IMG/VR virus record: IMGVR_UViG_3300050015_000188
Location: 1-31,699 of that record
Length of the DNA: 31,699 bases
Source of the DNA: a virus
Strand: one strand, 5' to 3'
Below the pieces are notes generated by a model that saw nothing but the letters and a program-made list of their open reading frames with translations, was not told the origin of the DNA and made no database searches. Positions 31,675 to 31,699 of this stretch are shown piece by piece. Position 1 is the stretch's first letter, and every line of letters begins with the position of its first letter. The position numbers and the translations under genes are program-made.

Positions 31675-31699
31675 AAAGCCGGATAGACTCTGAAAAGAC
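31673..31699. repeat. Terminal overlap identical to nt 1-27
   Basis: Exact 27-nt identity with the window start. Confidence 0.9.

Noticed and set aside
31673-31699. The 27-nt terminal identity considered as biological direct terminal repeats.
   Set aside because: It is too short for a phage direct terminal repeat, and it sits at an arbitrary point right after the HNH stop. An assembler overlap from a circular or concatemeric template is more likely. The true termini need read-level analysis.
1-31699. Stop-codon reassignment or an alternative genetic code.
   Set aside because: All conserved genes (terL, portal, major capsid protein, tape measure, int, recT and others) are uninterrupted under the standard bacterial code. 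TAA, TAG and TGA are all used as terminators at sensible gene ends.
1-31699. A diversity-generating retroelement, retron, or known multi-gene defence system (CBASS, RM, TA).
   Set aside because: No reverse transcriptase, nuclease/NTPase defence-type ORF or template/variable repeat pair was seen. The only candidate lysogen-expressed accessory genes are the small morons at 16201-16756.

Overview
This window is a complete, circularly closed genome of a temperate siphovirus-type phage. It has about 31.67 kb of unique sequence, and nt 1-27 are identical to nt 31673-31699. The head is HK97-like and the tail is non-contractile. The host is probably a low-GC Gram-positive bacterium with an S-layer: RBSs are GGAGG-type, promoters are sigma-A-like, and the endolysin has an SLH-like wall-binding tail.

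Gene order on the + strand:
- Packaging and head: terS, terL, portal, prohead protease, major capsid protein, four head-tail joining genes.
- Tail: major tail protein with a C-terminal Ig/cadherin-like domain, G/GT tail chaperones with a canonical -1 slippery heptamer, tape measure, a 653-aa hub-like tail-tip protein with a CBM-like insertion, and two small fibre-like proteins.
- Lysis: XhlA-like protein, holin, amidase.
- A collagen-stalk/LRR protein, followed by a bidirectional terminator.

The lysogeny region follows. It holds small morons with their own promoters and a candidate attP (a tRNA 5'-half fragment flanked by arm-type repeats). The integrase and a cI-like repressor lie on the - strand, facing back-to-back promoters.

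The early region on the + strand contains:
- A cro-like gene.
- An Exo/DUF1351/RecT/RuvC recombination module.
- Many small ORFs.
- A SAM-dependent methyltransferase.
- A Gp37/Gp68 (DUF5131) protein.
- A 57-codon C5-methyltransferase remnant.
- A DUF4373 replication initiator with iterons inside its own gene.
- An ArpU/RinA-like late activator.

After a terminator, a GT4-type glycosyltransferase and an HNH endonuclease lead back into terS.

The observations I rate highest are:
- The collagen/LRR protein in the post-lysis slot.
- The glycosyltransferase at the head of the late operon, possibly linked to the N-G-T-rich collagen stalk.
- The mirror-image attP that carries a tRNA 5' half.
- The decaying DNA-modification module.

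All family calls come from motif recognition by eye. No searches or structure predictions were run.
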